DNA of 64,000 nt from the human T2T-CHM13v2.0 reference genome, Homo sapiens. The position numbers were made by a program, and so were the translations under genes. Positions 42,047 to 55,775 of the stretch are shown one piece after another. The stretch lies in NCBI RefSeq assembly GCF_009914755.1, contig NC_060947.1; one strand, given 5' to 3'. Numbering within the stretch: position 1 is the first letter of the stretch; every line of letters begins with the position of its first letter. Below the pieces are notes generated by a model. The model did not search any database, was not told the origin of the DNA, and worked only from the letters and a program-made list of their open reading frames with translations.

Positions 42047-42616
42047 CATTGTGGGCAGAATTTGTGGAAGATCACCTTTCTACAGCAAAAGTTATCTTCT
42101 AGATTTGAATTTTTGCCTTTTTCCATGATTCACTGTGATGGGTGACTCGTGAAATTTTGAAAGCATTAATTAAAATGCAGACTATATTACTTATAAATTC
42201 ACAGAATTAAGAATAACAGCAGCAAAAATAAAATAGAACAACTTCATATTGAAAAAAGTCTTCTACCAGTGAAGGATTAACTGGAAAGAAATTATTTCAG
42301 TTTTAAAAGAGGTATATATAAGGGACTATCAATTCCAGCTAATTTAGAGTACAAGAGGCCAGATTTACCCTCCTGCCTGAAACAACCAAATACCAGGAAA
42401 AATATATGAAACAACAGTTTTCAAGACACTAGAACCAGTCAAAGAGGAACAGTGATCCCTGAGAGAGAGAGAACAAAGGAGAAGAGCACTGTGTGTGCCC
42501 CAGTTAACTGCCTTGAGAGAGTTTCAAAGTTATGATGTAGGAAGAAGAAACTCCCTGAGCCAGAATCTCTAAGAATAGACAGAGCTGAGAATCCCAGCAG
42601 ACTCAAGCAGCTAGAG

Positions 42617-42841
42617 CAGGGGTGTCCAATCTTTTGGCTTCCCTGGGCAACATTGGAAGAAGAATAATTGTCTTGGGCCGCACTTAAAATACACTAACAC
42701 TAATAATAGCTGATGAGCTAAAAAATATATCGCAAAAAAATTCTCAAAATGTTTTAAGAAAGTTTACGAATTTGTATTGGTCCACATTCAAAGCCATCCT
42801 GGACCACATGCAGCCTGTGAGCTGCAGGTTGGTAAAGCTTG
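42617..42841 (+). mobile_element. MER30 hAT-Charlie MITE
   Basis: Starts caggggtgtccaatcttttggcttccctggg; 8-bp TSD agctagag at 42609-42616 and 42842-42849. Confidence 0.88.
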
Positions 42842-43174
42842 AGCTAGAGTTTGCAGGACAGAATACTGGAGAGGAGATAGCTGGGCAAAGAGAGAACTCT
42901 AGAAATCTACAGAGGGACCCAATTGAATATTCAGTAAAGTAGAGATCAGTGCATATATGTGGAAAAACTACCAAGGGCTGGGGAAATTATTACCCAGAGG
43001 ATTAGAGGGAACAGTACTTGGGGCTCAAACAGGTCCAGGAATAGTGCCCCTTCCCACCAGCCAGACTAGAAAAACTCATAATTCACAAAGCATTGAGTAG
43101 AGAGTACTCAAAGGCTTTTGGCTCAGTTGTGGGGAATAATTAGCTGTAGAATAAACATGGCTCTGTTCCCCTTA

Positions 43175-43505
<331 letters not shown>

Positions 43506-43799
43506 GACTTGAAAAGATGAGATCGTTTTGAAGTAGCTGAGCTGTGTCTCAGAACAAAGCTTAAGAATATTTACAGGAATACACAAATATCTAGGACTCA
43601 ACAAGGTAAAATTCAAAATGCCTGGCACTCAATAAAAATTTACCAATATGCAAAGAAGTGTGAAAATAAACCCATAATGAGGAAAAAAGCAATCAATGAA
43701 AAATAACTCAGAACGAAAATACTAGTTAGACTTAGCAGATAATGACATTAAAATAATTACTATAACTGTATTTGAAGAAATATGGCTAGAATTGCCCTC

Positions 43800-43969
43800 T
43801 TTTTATTTTTAGAAGCAGGGGTCTCACTATGCTTCCCAGGCTGGAGTGCAGTGGCTATTCACAGATGCCATCATGGCACACTGCAGCCCCAAATTGCTAG
43901 GTTCGAGTGATCCTCCTGCCTCAGCCTCCAGAGTAGCTGGAACTACAGGTGCATACCACTGAGCCTGGC
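43800..43969 (-). mobile_element. Alu monomer (FAM/FRAM-like)
   Basis: agtggctattcacag is FAM/7SL-like; TSD aga(a/g)ttgccc. Confidence 0.8.
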
Positions 43970-44851
43970 CAGAGTTGCCCAAATTTGATAAAAACTATGA
44001 ACCTACAGATCCAAGAAGCTCAACAAACCCCAAGTACAAGAAAAATGAAGAAAATTACATTAAGGCACATCATAAACAAATTGCCCAAAACCAGTGATAA
44101 AGAGGAAATCTTTAAAGCCACCAGAGGACAAATAGGTTATGTACAGAAAAACAAAGAAAAGGATGACAATTGACTTTTCTTTGAGAAAAAAGTGTGAGAA
44201 GAGAGTGGAACAATATTTTTTAAAGTATTGAAAGGAAAAAAACCCTCATCCTAGAATTCTATACTCAGCAAAAATATCTTTTAAGGCAAAAGTGAAATAA
44301 AGACTTTTTCAGACATAAAGTTGAAAGAATTAATCACCAGCAAATTCACACTATAAAATATATTGAGAGGTCCTTTAAGCAGACAGAAAAATGACACTAA
44401 ATGAAAATATATGTCTACACAAAGGAATGAAGAGTGCCAAAAATGATAACTACTTGGGTAAATAAAATCTTTTCTATTATTTAAATATCTTTAAAAGATA
44501 ATTATTTAAACAAAAATAATAGCAATGTAGTGTAAGTTTTATAATATATGTAAGAATAAAATGTGTAACAGCAATAGCACACAGACTGGGAGGGGAGAAA
44601 TGGAAGTATACTTTTATAAGGTTCTTTTACTATATGTGAAGTGGTATAATATCACCTGAAGATAGACTGTGATTAGTTAGGATGTATACTAAAAATTCTA
44701 AACCAACAAATAAAAAAGTTATGATTAACAAGGCAATAGATGAGATAAATAGAATTTTTTAAATATTCAATCTAAAAGAAGATAGAAAAAAGGAAAAAAG
44801 AGAATAAAGCACAAAAAGAACACATGTAGCAAGATGATAAACTTAAACCTA

Positions 44852-45020
44852 AGCTGGGCATAGTGGCATACATGCATGGTACCAGCTACTCAGGAGGCTG
44901 AGGCAGGCAGATTTCTTGAGCCCATGAGTTCAGGGCTATAGTATGCTACAATCACACCTGTGAATAGCCACTGTACTCCAACTTGGGCAACATAGTGAGA
45001 CCTCATTTCCAATAAAAACA
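44852..45020 (+). mobile_element. Alu monomer (FAM-like)
   Basis: cacctgtgaatagccactgtactcca. Confidence 0.8.
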
Positions 45021-45565
45021 AATATGAACCAAACCATGTCAATAATCACATTAAATATAAATGATCTAAATACCCCAATTAGTAAGTAGAGATTGTCATA
45101 TTGGATAAAAAGCAAGAGTCAACTAATATGTTGTCTATAAAAACACACTTTAACTATTAAGACACAAATAAGTTAAAAGTAAAATAAATGGAAAAGTTAT
45201 TCCATACTAACACTAATAGAAAGCTGGAGTGACTATATCACTATTAGACAAATTAGATTACAGAGCAAAGAATATTACCAGGGTTCGATAAGATCATTTC
45301 ATAATGATAAAGGGATCAGTTTACCAGGAAGAAATAACTATCTTGAAAGTTTATACAACTAATAAATAAATTAAGTAAAAAATGATAGAGGTACAAGGAG
45401 AGATCAACACATCTACAATTATAGAGACTTCAATGTCCCTCTCTCAACAATATATAAATAAATTTTTAAAAATCAGCAAGAATATAATAGACTTAAACAA
45501 CAAAATCAACCAACTTGACCCAAGTGACATTTTTGGCACATTCCACCCAGCGACCGCAAAATATA

Positions 45566-45877
45566 TATTTTTTATTTTTTTGAGATAGGGTGTCACTTTG
45601 TTCCCCAGGCTGGAGTGCAGTGGTGTGATCATGGCTCACTGCAGCCTCAACCTTCCCAGGCTCAGGTGGTCCTCCCACTTCAGCCTCCCAAGTAGCTGGG
45701 ACGACAGGCATGCAACACCATGCCTAGCTAATTTTTGTGGGTTTTTTGTTTTTTTTTTGGTAGAGATGGGGTTTTTCCATGTTGCTCTGGCGGTCTCGAA
45801 TTCCTGGGCTCAAGTGATCTGACTGCCTCGGACTCCCAAAGTGTTGGGATTACAGGCGTTAGCCACCGGGCCTGGCC
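45566..45877 (-). mobile_element. AluJ-like SINE
   Basis: Reverse dimer. Confidence 0.88.
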
Positions 45878-46541
45878 ACATTTTTTTTTTTCAAGTGCAC
45901 ATAGAACATTTACCAAGATAGACCATATTATGGGTCACAGAAAAAGTCTCAATAAAGTTAAAATGATTCGAACTCATACACAGTATATTCTCTGATCTCA
46001 ATGGAATTAAAGTAGGAATTGATAACAAAAAGATCTCTGGAAATTCCCCAAATATTTCAAAACTAAACATACTTATTAAAAGCTCGTGATTGAAAGAAGA
46101 AATCCAAAGGCAATTAGAAAGCATTTTGAATTTAATAAAATTAAAAGATGACATATTAAAATTTATGAGATACCACAAAAGCAACACTTAGGAGGAAATC
46201 TATAGCACTGAATGCCTATATTAGAAAATAATCAAATCTTATTCCCTAGCCAGTGATAGCAATTTCTACCTGAAGGAACTAGAAAGAGGAAATTACACTC
46301 AAAATAAGCAGAAGAAAGGAAATAATAAAGATCAGATAGACAATCAATGAAGCAGAAAAATAGGAAACAGTAAACAGATCAGTTTAATCAATAGTTCATT
46401 CTTGAAGAATGAAATTGATAAATCTATAGTCAGAATGATCAGAAGAAAAATGAGACACAACTTACTAATATATCAGAAATGAGTAAAATGACATCAGTAC
46501 AAATTCTGCAGATATTGAAAGGTTAACAATGAAATCTTTAG

Positions 46542-46781
<240 letters not shown>

Positions 46782-47794
46782 TAGGTCAATAGATCTGACA
46801 ACTTAGATGGCTGAAAATTTCTTGAAGAACAGAAAGTAGTAAAGTTCACTCAAGAAGATAAATTTAATGTACACAGCCCTTTTATAGAAATCAAAAGTGT
46901 AGTTTAAAATCATCCCACAAAGAAAATCCAGGTCCAGATGACTTCACTGGTAAATTTTACCAAACAGTTAAGAATGAAATAATACCAATTCCACACAAAT
47001 TATTCCAGAAAACTGAGAAAGAGGGGATAATTCTCTCTTTATGAGGATAATTCTTTCTTAAAGAGGGGATAATTCTAATTCTTTGTGAGGAAAGCATTAC
47101 TCCAACACCAAAACCTGAAAAAGACATTAAAGAAAACTACAGAACAATATCCCTCATAAACATGAGTTGAAAAATTGTAAACAAAATTTTAGCAAATTGA
47201 ATCCAACAATATATAAAAACAATAATACACTATGACAAAGAGTCAGCATTTATTTATCCCAGAAATCAGCACTTCTCTTCTACCTTTTACTGGAAGTTCT
47301 AGGCAGGACAATCAGATAAGAAAAAGAAATAGAAGGCAACTAGATTGGAAAGAAAGTAATAAAAGTCTTTATTGAAAGAAAATATAATTTTCTATGTAAG
47401 AAATATAATGCAATCTCAAAAACTTAAAAACAAGTGAATTAGCAATGAATATTCAGAAGTTGAAATTCTTAAAATACCATTCACAGCGCATTGAAAATAT
47501 TAAATACTTGGTGACACATTTGACAAAAGGTATACGAGAGCTATATATTGAAAACTAAAAAATATTGCTAACAGAAATTAGAGAAGACCCAAATAAATGA
47601 AGAGATATATCTTGTTAATTGTTCACAAGACTCAAAATTGAACAGATGTCACTTCCTCTGAATTGATAAATTCAATACAATGCCAATCAAAATCCTGGCA
47701 GCCTTTTTTTTTTTTTTTTAAGAAACGGACATGCTCACTCCAAAATTCACATGGAAATGCAAAAGGACTTAGAATAGTCAAAATAACTCTGAAA

Positions 47795-48110
47795 AAGAAA
47801 CCATCATCCTCAGCAAACTAACACAGGAACAGAAAACCAAACACTGCATGTTCTCACTCATAAGTGGGAGATGAACAATGAGAACACATGGACAAGGGAG
47901 GGGAACATCACACACCAGAGCCTGTTGTGGGGTGGGGGCCAAGGTGAGGGAGAGCATTAGGGCAAACACCTAATGCATGTGGGGATTAAAATATAGATGA
48001 TGGGTTGATAGGTGCAGCAAACCACCATGGCACATGTATACTTATGTAACAAACCTGCACATGCAGCACATGTATCCCAGAACTTAAAGTAAAATAAAAT
48101 TTAAAAAAAG
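47795..48110 (+). mobile_element. L1PA 3' end (~0.3 kb)
   Basis: gaaaccatcatcctcagcaaactaacacaggaacag...tatcccagaacttaaagtaaaa. Confidence 0.9.
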
Positions 48111-49902
48111 AGTAACAAAATGGAAAGGCTAACACTACTGGATTTCAAGAATTAAATAAAACATCAGTAGTCAAAAGAGTGTGGTATTGGAGTCAGATCA
48201 GCAAAGAGATCAATGGAGAATAGAAGTCCAGAAATAGATTCACACACATATGGACAACTGATTTTTCACAAAGTTTCAAAAGCAACAGAGTGGATAAAAA
48301 TAGCCTTTTCCTCAAATGGTGCTGGAACATTTGGATATTCACATGCAAAAAAAAATGAATTTATAGCCACACCTTGCATAGAAAAATGAATATGAATCAC
48401 AGAACTAATGTCAAACCTAAAACTATAAAACTTCTAGGAAAAAAAAGGAGAAAATATTCACCTTTGGTTTCACAAAGATTTTTTAGATAAGACACTAAGA
48501 ATAAAAAGACAAGCTACCGACTGGAAGAAAATGTTTACAAAGCATGAATCTGATAAATAATTTGTCTCTCTAATATATTAAAAAATCTCAAAACTCAATA
48601 AGAAAACAATGCAGTAAAAATGGAAAAAATAGTTGAACAGACATTTCACCAAAGAAGATACACAGATGGGAAGTAATTAAATAAAAACACACTTAATATC
48701 ATTAGTCACTAGGGAAATGAACATTAAAACCACAATAACATATCACTACTCACCTATTAGAATGCCTAAAATTGAAGTGATTTTACCATACCAGGTGTTG
48801 ATTTACCACAACAACTGGAAAGCTCCTACACTGCAGGCTGGAATGTGAAATGATCCAACTACTTTGGAAAACATTTTGGCAATTTCTTAAAATGTTAAAG
48901 AAAAACCTACATATGATCTAGCCATTCCACTCCTAGGTAGCTAAGCGAAATAAAAACATGGTCCATACAAAAATTTGTACACAGCTGTTCATGGCAGCTT
49001 TATTTGAAATAGCCAAAAATTGTAAACAACACAAATGTCTGTTAACAGGTGAATAGATAAACAAATGCTAGTATATTTATAGAATGGATAATAAGAAATG
49101 AACTAATGATATGCATAAGAACATGGATAAATCCCAAAATGCTGGCTGAAAGAAACCAGACAAAAGAGTATGTACTGTGTGATTCCATCTAAATAAAATT
49201 ATGGAAAGTACAAACTCCTCCATAGTGACAGAAATCGTATCAGTGGTTGCCTGGGGGCAGGTCTAGGATAGCGAGGGGCAAAAAGGCATGAGAAATTTTT
49301 GGAGTGGGGCTGATAGATATGTTTATGATCACGATTGTGGTGATGATTTCATGTGTGTACACACGTCAAAACTTATCAAATTATACACTTTAAATGGTGC
49401 ACTTTAATTTATGTCAAATATGTGTGTCAAGACCCAGCAATTTCACTCAGGTATATATACAGTCAAGAGAAATGAAACCATCTGTTCATGGAAAAGCTTG
49501 TACTCAGAGGTTTACAGCAGCATCGCTCATAATAGCCCAAAAGCAGAAACAACCCAAATGTCTATTTACTGATGAACTGATAAATAAAAGGTGGTATGTC
49601 CATACAACGAAATACAGATGATCCTGACTTATGATGTTTTGACATAAATTTTTTTGAATTTATGATGGTGTGAAAGCCATACACATTCAGTACAAAGCGT
49701 ACTTCAAGTGCCCATACAAGCATTCTGTTTTTCACTTTCAGTACGGTATTCAAAAAATTACGAGACATTCAACATTTTATTATAAAATAGGCTTCGTGTT
49801 AGATGATTTTGCTCAATTGTAGGCTAATGTAAGTGTTCTGAGCATGCTTAAGAACAGCTAGGCTGAGCTATATTTGGTAGGTTAGGTCCATTAAATGCAG
49901 TT

Positions 49903-50766
49903 ATTTTTTTTAATACTTGAAGTTCTAGGGTACATGTGCACAACGTGCAGGTTTGTTACACATGTATACATGTGCCATGTTGGTGTGCTGCACCCATTAA
50001 CTTGTCATTTACATTAGGTATCTCTCCTAATGCTATCCCTCCCCCCTCCCCCCACCCCACGACAGGCCCCATGTGTGATGTTCCCCTTCCTGTGTCCAAG
50101 TGTTCTCATTGTTCAATTCCCACCTATGAGTGAGAACATGTGGTGTTTGGTTTTTTGTCCTTGCGATAGTTTGCTGAGAATGATGGTTTCCAGCTTCATC
50201 CATGTCCATACAAAGGACATGAACTTATCCTTTTGTGTGGCTGCATAGTATTCCATGGTGTATATGTGCCACCTTTTCTTAATCCAGTCTATCATTGATG
50301 GACATTTGGGTTGGTTCCAAGTCTTTGCTATTGTTAATAGTGCCTCAATGAACACATGTGTGCATGTGTCTTTATAGCAGCATGATTTATAATCCTTTGG
50401 GTATATACCCAGTAATGGGATGGCGGGGTCAAATGGTATTTCTAGTTCTAGATCCTTGAGGAATGGCCACACTGTCTTCCACAATGGTTGAACTAGTTAA
50501 CAGTCCCACCAACAGTGTAAAAGTGTTCCTATTTCTCCACATCCTCTCCAGCACCTGTTGTTTCCTGACTTTTTAATGATCGCCATTCTAACTGGTGTGA
50601 GATGGTATCTCATTGTGGTTTTGATTTGCATTTCTCTGATGGCCAGTGATGATGAACATTTTTTCACGTGTCTGTTGGCTGCATAGATGTCTTCTTTTGA
50701 GAAGTGTCTGTTCATATCCTTCACCCACTTTTTGATGGGGTTGTTTGTTTTTTTCTTGTAAATTTG
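49903..50766 (-). mobile_element. L1PA4/5-like 3' fragment (ORF2 C-terminus plus 3'UTR)
   Basis: Reverse ORFs [15 protein letters not shown]...[19 protein letters not shown] and WKTVWPFLKDLELEIPFDPAIPLLGIYP...FSLIGGN. Confidence 0.95.
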
Positions 50767-51055
50767 TTTGTTTTGTTTTGTTTTGTTTGTTGAGATGGAG
50801 TCTCACTCCATCACCCAGGCTGGAGTGCAGTGGTACTGCAACCTTCGCCTCCTGGATTCAAGCAACTCTTTTGCCTCAGCCTCCTGAGTAGCTGGGATAA
50901 CAGGCGCATACCACCATGTCTGGCTAATTTTCCTATTTTTAGTAGAGATGGGTTTCACCATGTCCAGGCTCACCTCGAACTCCTGACCTCAAATGATCCA
51001 CCCACCTTGGCCTCCCAAAGTGCTGGGATTACAGGCGTGAGCCACAGCACCCAGC
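50767..51055 (-). mobile_element. AluS-like SINE
   Basis: Reverse dimer with a (TTTTG)n tail abutting the L1. Confidence 0.9.
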
Positions 51056-51869
51056 TAAATGCAGTTTTAACTTATGATATTTTCAATGTACAATGAGTTC
51101 GTCAGCACATAATCCCATCATAAGTCGAGGCATGTCTGTATTATTGGGCTGTAAAGAAGAATGTAGTACAGGTGTATGCTACAACATGGATGAACTTCAA
51201 AAACATTAAGCTAAATAAAAGAAACCAGTCACAAAAGGACAAAGATTATACAATTCCATTTATATAAGCTATAAATAATATTTATAGAGAAAGAAAGTAG
51301 ATTAGTGGTTACCTAGGGCTGGGGGTGGATAGATGTTGTGGAGAAATGGAGAATGATTGCTAAAGGGTACAGGGTTTCTTTTTAGGGTGATGAAAATGGT
51401 CTACAATTGATTGTGGTAATAGTTGCACAATTCTGTGAATATAAGTGTACACTTTAAATGGTTGAATTCTATGGTAAGCGGAGTACATCTCAGTAAAGCT
51501 GTTATAAAAATATGTATGTCGATTATGAATTGTTAATTACTTTTAAAAGGTATACTTTGTGTTACCGAATTCTTCTGAGTCTTACCCTAAGGGTGGTTGT
51601 TTTTAAAAAAGTGAATAAAATTCTTGTACAGGTTAGTAAGTATTCTATCTCCATTGCACTGTGTCATATTTTCTTAAGTTTATTCAGGTTGTAACAATAT
51701 ATGAAGGATGTTTGAATTCCTTTAATTCTTAGCACACCTGCTTGCCTCTGAATAGTCATTTCCATATATGTAAATATTTTTAAAAATTGTTTCTATAAGC
51801 AGTTGTGTGCTTTTTCTGGCTATGTGATAGCAAGTGCAAATCAGCAAAGGAAGGAAGTATCTTTGTTTT

Positions 51870-52510
51870 AAAACTTTTCATCGAGGCAAAACACATACAG
51901 AAAGTACTTATATAACACGCTCTTTTTGGATGGATTTTCACAAAATAAGTGCATTAATATCACTAGCACCCACATCAAGATACAGACCATTCCCAGCATC
52001 CCAGAAACTCCCTCACCTTTAGTAAAATATGTCTTTTAAAAAATATTGTAGTAAAAACCACATAGCATAATTTTACCACCTTAACCATTGTTAAGTATAC
52101 TGTTCAGTAGTGTTAAGTATATTCACATAGTTGTGAAAAAGAGCTTGAGAACTTTTTCATTCTGCAAACCTGAAACTCTATACCCATTAAACAACTCTCC
52201 ATTCTTCTTTCACCCCAATCCCCTGGTAACCAGCATCCTACTTTCTGTTTTTATGATGTTGACTACTTTAGATATCTCATACAAGTATAGTTATACAGTA
52301 ATTGTCTTCTATGGCTGGCTTATTTCACTTGGCTTAATGTCCCCCAGGTTCACCCATGCCATCACAAATTGCAGAATTTCCTTCTTTTTCAAGGCTGAAT
52401 AATATTCCATTATATGTATATACGACATTTTGTTTCTCCATGGACATTTGGGTTGCTTCTACCTCTTGGCTATTGTGAATAATGTTGTTATGAATATGAG
52501 TGTGCAAATC
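51870..52510 (-). mobile_element. Old L1 3' fragments (L1MB-like)
   Basis: ctggcttatttcactt...aaggctgaataatattccatt...ggacatttgggttgcttc. Confidence 0.8.
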
Positions 52511-52529
52511 TGAGAATGTCTTTTAATAC

Positions 52530-52780
52530 TAAGAATAGCTAACACTGTTGGCATTAATGTTTGGAACTGTTCTAAAGATTTTGTATGCACTATTATCTCA
52601 TTTAATTTTCACAATGATATGAATTGGGGAGTGCTCTTGTCATCTCCGTTTTACAGATTACTAAGCTGAAAAACAAGGAGGTTAAGCAACTTTCCAGAAG
52701 GTCACACCAGTGAAGTTGGAATTCTCAATGAATCAGTAGACTGGCAACAGGGCTATGCTGTTAACCACCATGCTATACTG
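52530..52780 (-). mobile_element. MIR
   Basis: atctcatttaat...ccgttttacagat...gttaagcaactt...aaggtcacac. Confidence 0.75.
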
Positions 52781-53650
52781 CCCCTTCTTTATTTTCTATA
52801 ACGATGCTACAAAGTGTCTCCTATGAAGCATTGCCCATGTGTGCACTCATAAAATGTTCAGGTCACCCAATTACAGTTCTGTTAATTAAAAACATGAGCA
52901 TTCCCTCATGGAGCCCCACATTTCTTTCAATTTTGACTCATTTACAAACTGCAGCATCATAAATCATATTTATTAAGCACCCGATCTTCTAAAGTTCCTT
53001 TTCCTGTTCTGGCCAAGCATTTCAGAAGAGCTGTACATTGGAATGAAGAAATCAAAATTAGCTTCAGTACTTAATTCTATAAATTAGTACAGACTTAAGG
53101 GGGGAGGGGAGTAATTAGCCCTCTTGCCCTGAAAATTAATGGGTCCTTTTCATTATACGCCTAAGGGGTATTTTACCCAATAACATTCCATTTCAGATTA
53201 ATATAAAATGAAGACTATGTTATTTGAGAATGCTGGCTACATAACGATTACAAACCACAAATCTCACAAAGATTAGCCGAGAAGGAAGATTAAGCAGAAC
53301 AACGAACTAGTAATAATTCTAGACGGGATGAAGGTAATAAAATCAATGTGTCAATCATTCTACCAGAATCAAGAAGACACAATATTTTTTGAAGGCATGG
53401 CCAGGCTTGTGTAAAATAAGAGTTGATGTAGTTCTGTATAGGTTAAACTAGGCTTTCAGGAGTGGGTAGTTACTGGGTAGTTACAAAAGAAATTAAATAT
53501 ACTCCATAAATTTCAATTTTAAGATGCTAGGGTCTATACAAAAAGACACTCTCTTTTCTACATTTCTAGGGAAAATCCTCTTCCCTTTCCTGAACAAAAA
53601 GGCCAAAAATGGCTCAAAACATCACAGATTGAGTGTCAGCTACTCCAGAT

Positions 53651-53669
53651 GAACCACTAGGGGGCAGAT
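53651..53669 (+). promoter_or_regulatory. Candidate CTCF-binding site
   Basis: CCACTAGGGGGCAG at 53654-53667 matches the CTCF core CCASYAGRKGGCRS in apparently unique sequence. Confidence 0.6.
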
Positions 53670-54681
53670 GCAGACAGAAACTGACCAACAGGTTACCAGA
53701 GAACCCATTCACACTCAGCGACTTGAGATAGACTGCTGATAATTGCTTCCTATATGTCAAGTTGAACTTACATTTATCTTATTTCCTTACTAAGAACCAG
53801 AAACCAAAATAAAGCTGCCCATTTTTTTCTTTTGTCTTTATTATGATGCTTAAGTAACCATTTGTAAGGAATACTGACCCAGGGGCCGTGATAGCAGCTA
53901 CGTGAATGCAAGGGCAATACAGTTTTATTTCTATTCCTCTCCAACTCCAGTTTTACAGTCCTTTACATCTTGACAGGCACTGGGTGCATTCTGGCTTACC
54001 CTTGTGGTTCCCCTCATCACTGGATGACTTGTGGTCTGATTCCAGAAGCAATATCCCCAAACAAATCTGACTTTATAAGGCAGCCCATTGCCACACACAT
54101 TTAACCTACACCACAGTCATTTCATAATAGGCAAGAGTTCACTCCTCCCACTACATAATGCTGTGCTGAAGCTTAGCCAGGAAAAGTTACAAAAGATAGA
54201 AAAACTAAGTGTCAGACCTATGCAGTAAATCGTGTAATTCCTGCCAATTTCTGAAACCTTCATCCTACATAAGCCCATGAAGAAATAACTTTCCATAAGG
54301 TGGTCAAAGCTGGATTGTGAAGTACTCCCAATCTCATCCATATATCACTGCAATTGTTGTCTATATGCTGAGGAATAAAAATGGATGGTTTTTCATTCAG
54401 CAAACTGGACACTTAATATGTGCCAGACTAAAGATGTAAAAAATACGAGCCCTGTCCTCATGGAGCTTGCAGTCAAGTAGAAAGCCAGATATAGAAAAGA
54501 AGGAATATTATAAATAAATAGGATATTACGTTTTATGTAAAATCAGTGATTTGGACAGGGTGTTGCTTAGCTGGGAGTAGGGGAGGGAGATGAGAGGGAT
54601 CAGATATCAGATAATGCTTTGCTTCCTGAGGAAGGGGACCCTGAGTTCAGTGTTAAAGGGTGAATTGAGATGGCCAGGTAA

Positions 54682-55775
54682 GGCTGGGTGTGGTGGCTTA
54701 CGCCTGGAATCCCAGCAGTTTGGTGTCACGGGTGGGTCTTATGTTCTTAGAGCTCTCCAGATGGTGGTGGGCCACTCCCAGGATGGTGGTGGCCGCTCCC
54801 AAGGTGGCAGCAAGCCTTTTGTTCTCTGACCTGGGGTTCTTGGCCTCACAGATTCCAGGGAATGGAACCTTGGGCCATGCGGTGAGTGTTATAGCCCTAT
54901 TCGAAGCTGTGGGTCATGGAAGAGAACTGTGGAACCCAGTGACTACTGTTCAGCTCGATTAGGACGAACCCAGGCACTTAGCCATGCAGGAACAATGGCA
55001 AGCCTTTAGCCTGATTGGGAGCGGCACTGAGCGCGTCACTGGATCAGAAGTGCAGCATATACCCTGCTGGATCTGGAGGGTTGGAAGTCAATGGTGGGTC
55101 TGCAATGGCGGCGAACAGCAGTGGTGGACGGTGAGCGAAAGCTCAGCTCGAGCGCGAAGAAACATGGGCCAGAAGAGTGTGCAGTTGCAAGATTTAATAG
55201 AGTGAAAACAGAGCTCCCATACAATGGGAGGGGACCCAAAGAGGGTTGCCCACTTCCAGCTCAAATGCTTGGGGTTTATATATCCCAATCATTATCCCTC
55301 CCCCTGTGCTCTCGGATGATAGATGATTTGACTATTTCTTTACCTCCTGCTTTTGGCCTAATTGGTATTTTAGTGAGCCCTCTTTACTACCTGATTGGTC
55401 AGGTGTGAGCTGAGTTACAAGCCCCGTGTTTAAAGGTGGGTGCGGTCACCTTCCCCAGCTAGGCTTAGGAATTCTTAGTTGGCCTAGGAAATCCAGCTAG
55501 TCCTGTCTCTCATTGGGAGGCCGAGGCGGGGGGATCACGAGGTCATGAGTTCGAGACCAGCCTGGCCAACATGGTGAAACCCCGTCTCTACTAAAAAAAA
55601 AAAAAAAAAAAAAAAATTAGCCGGGCGTTGTGGCAGGCACTACTTGGGAGGCTGAGGCAGAAGAATCGCTTGAAACCAGAAGGCAGAGGTTGCAGGGAGC
55701 TGAGATTGCACCACTGCACTCCAGCCTGGGCAACAAGAGCAAAACTCCATCTCGGAAAAAAAAAAAAAAAAAAAA
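54682..55775 (+). mobile_element. AluS-like SINE split by LTR17
   Basis: Pieces at 54682-54723 and 55513-55775; 15-bp TSD gagatggccaggtaa at 54667-54681 and 55776-55790. Confidence 0.92.
54724..55512 (-). mobile_element. Solo LTR17 (HERV-W/HERV17 LTR), 789 bp
   Basis: The reverse strand starts TGAGAGACAGGACTAGCTGGATTTCCTAGGCC and ends ...GTGACA; 4-bp TSD ttgg; CCAAT, TATA and ATTAAA retained. Confidence 0.92.

Larger units (their letters stand above)
49615..51138 (-). mobile_element. MER47A-like Tigger MITE split by L1PA and Alu
   Basis: TIRs cagatgatcctgacttatgatg / catcataagtcgaggcatgtctg, TA-flanked; halves at 49615-49902 and 51056-51138. Confidence 0.85.

Noticed and set aside
50113-50724. 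L1 ORF2 peptides as a functional gene
   Set aside because: A 5'-truncated, stop-interrupted L1 fragment with no promoter or RT domain.
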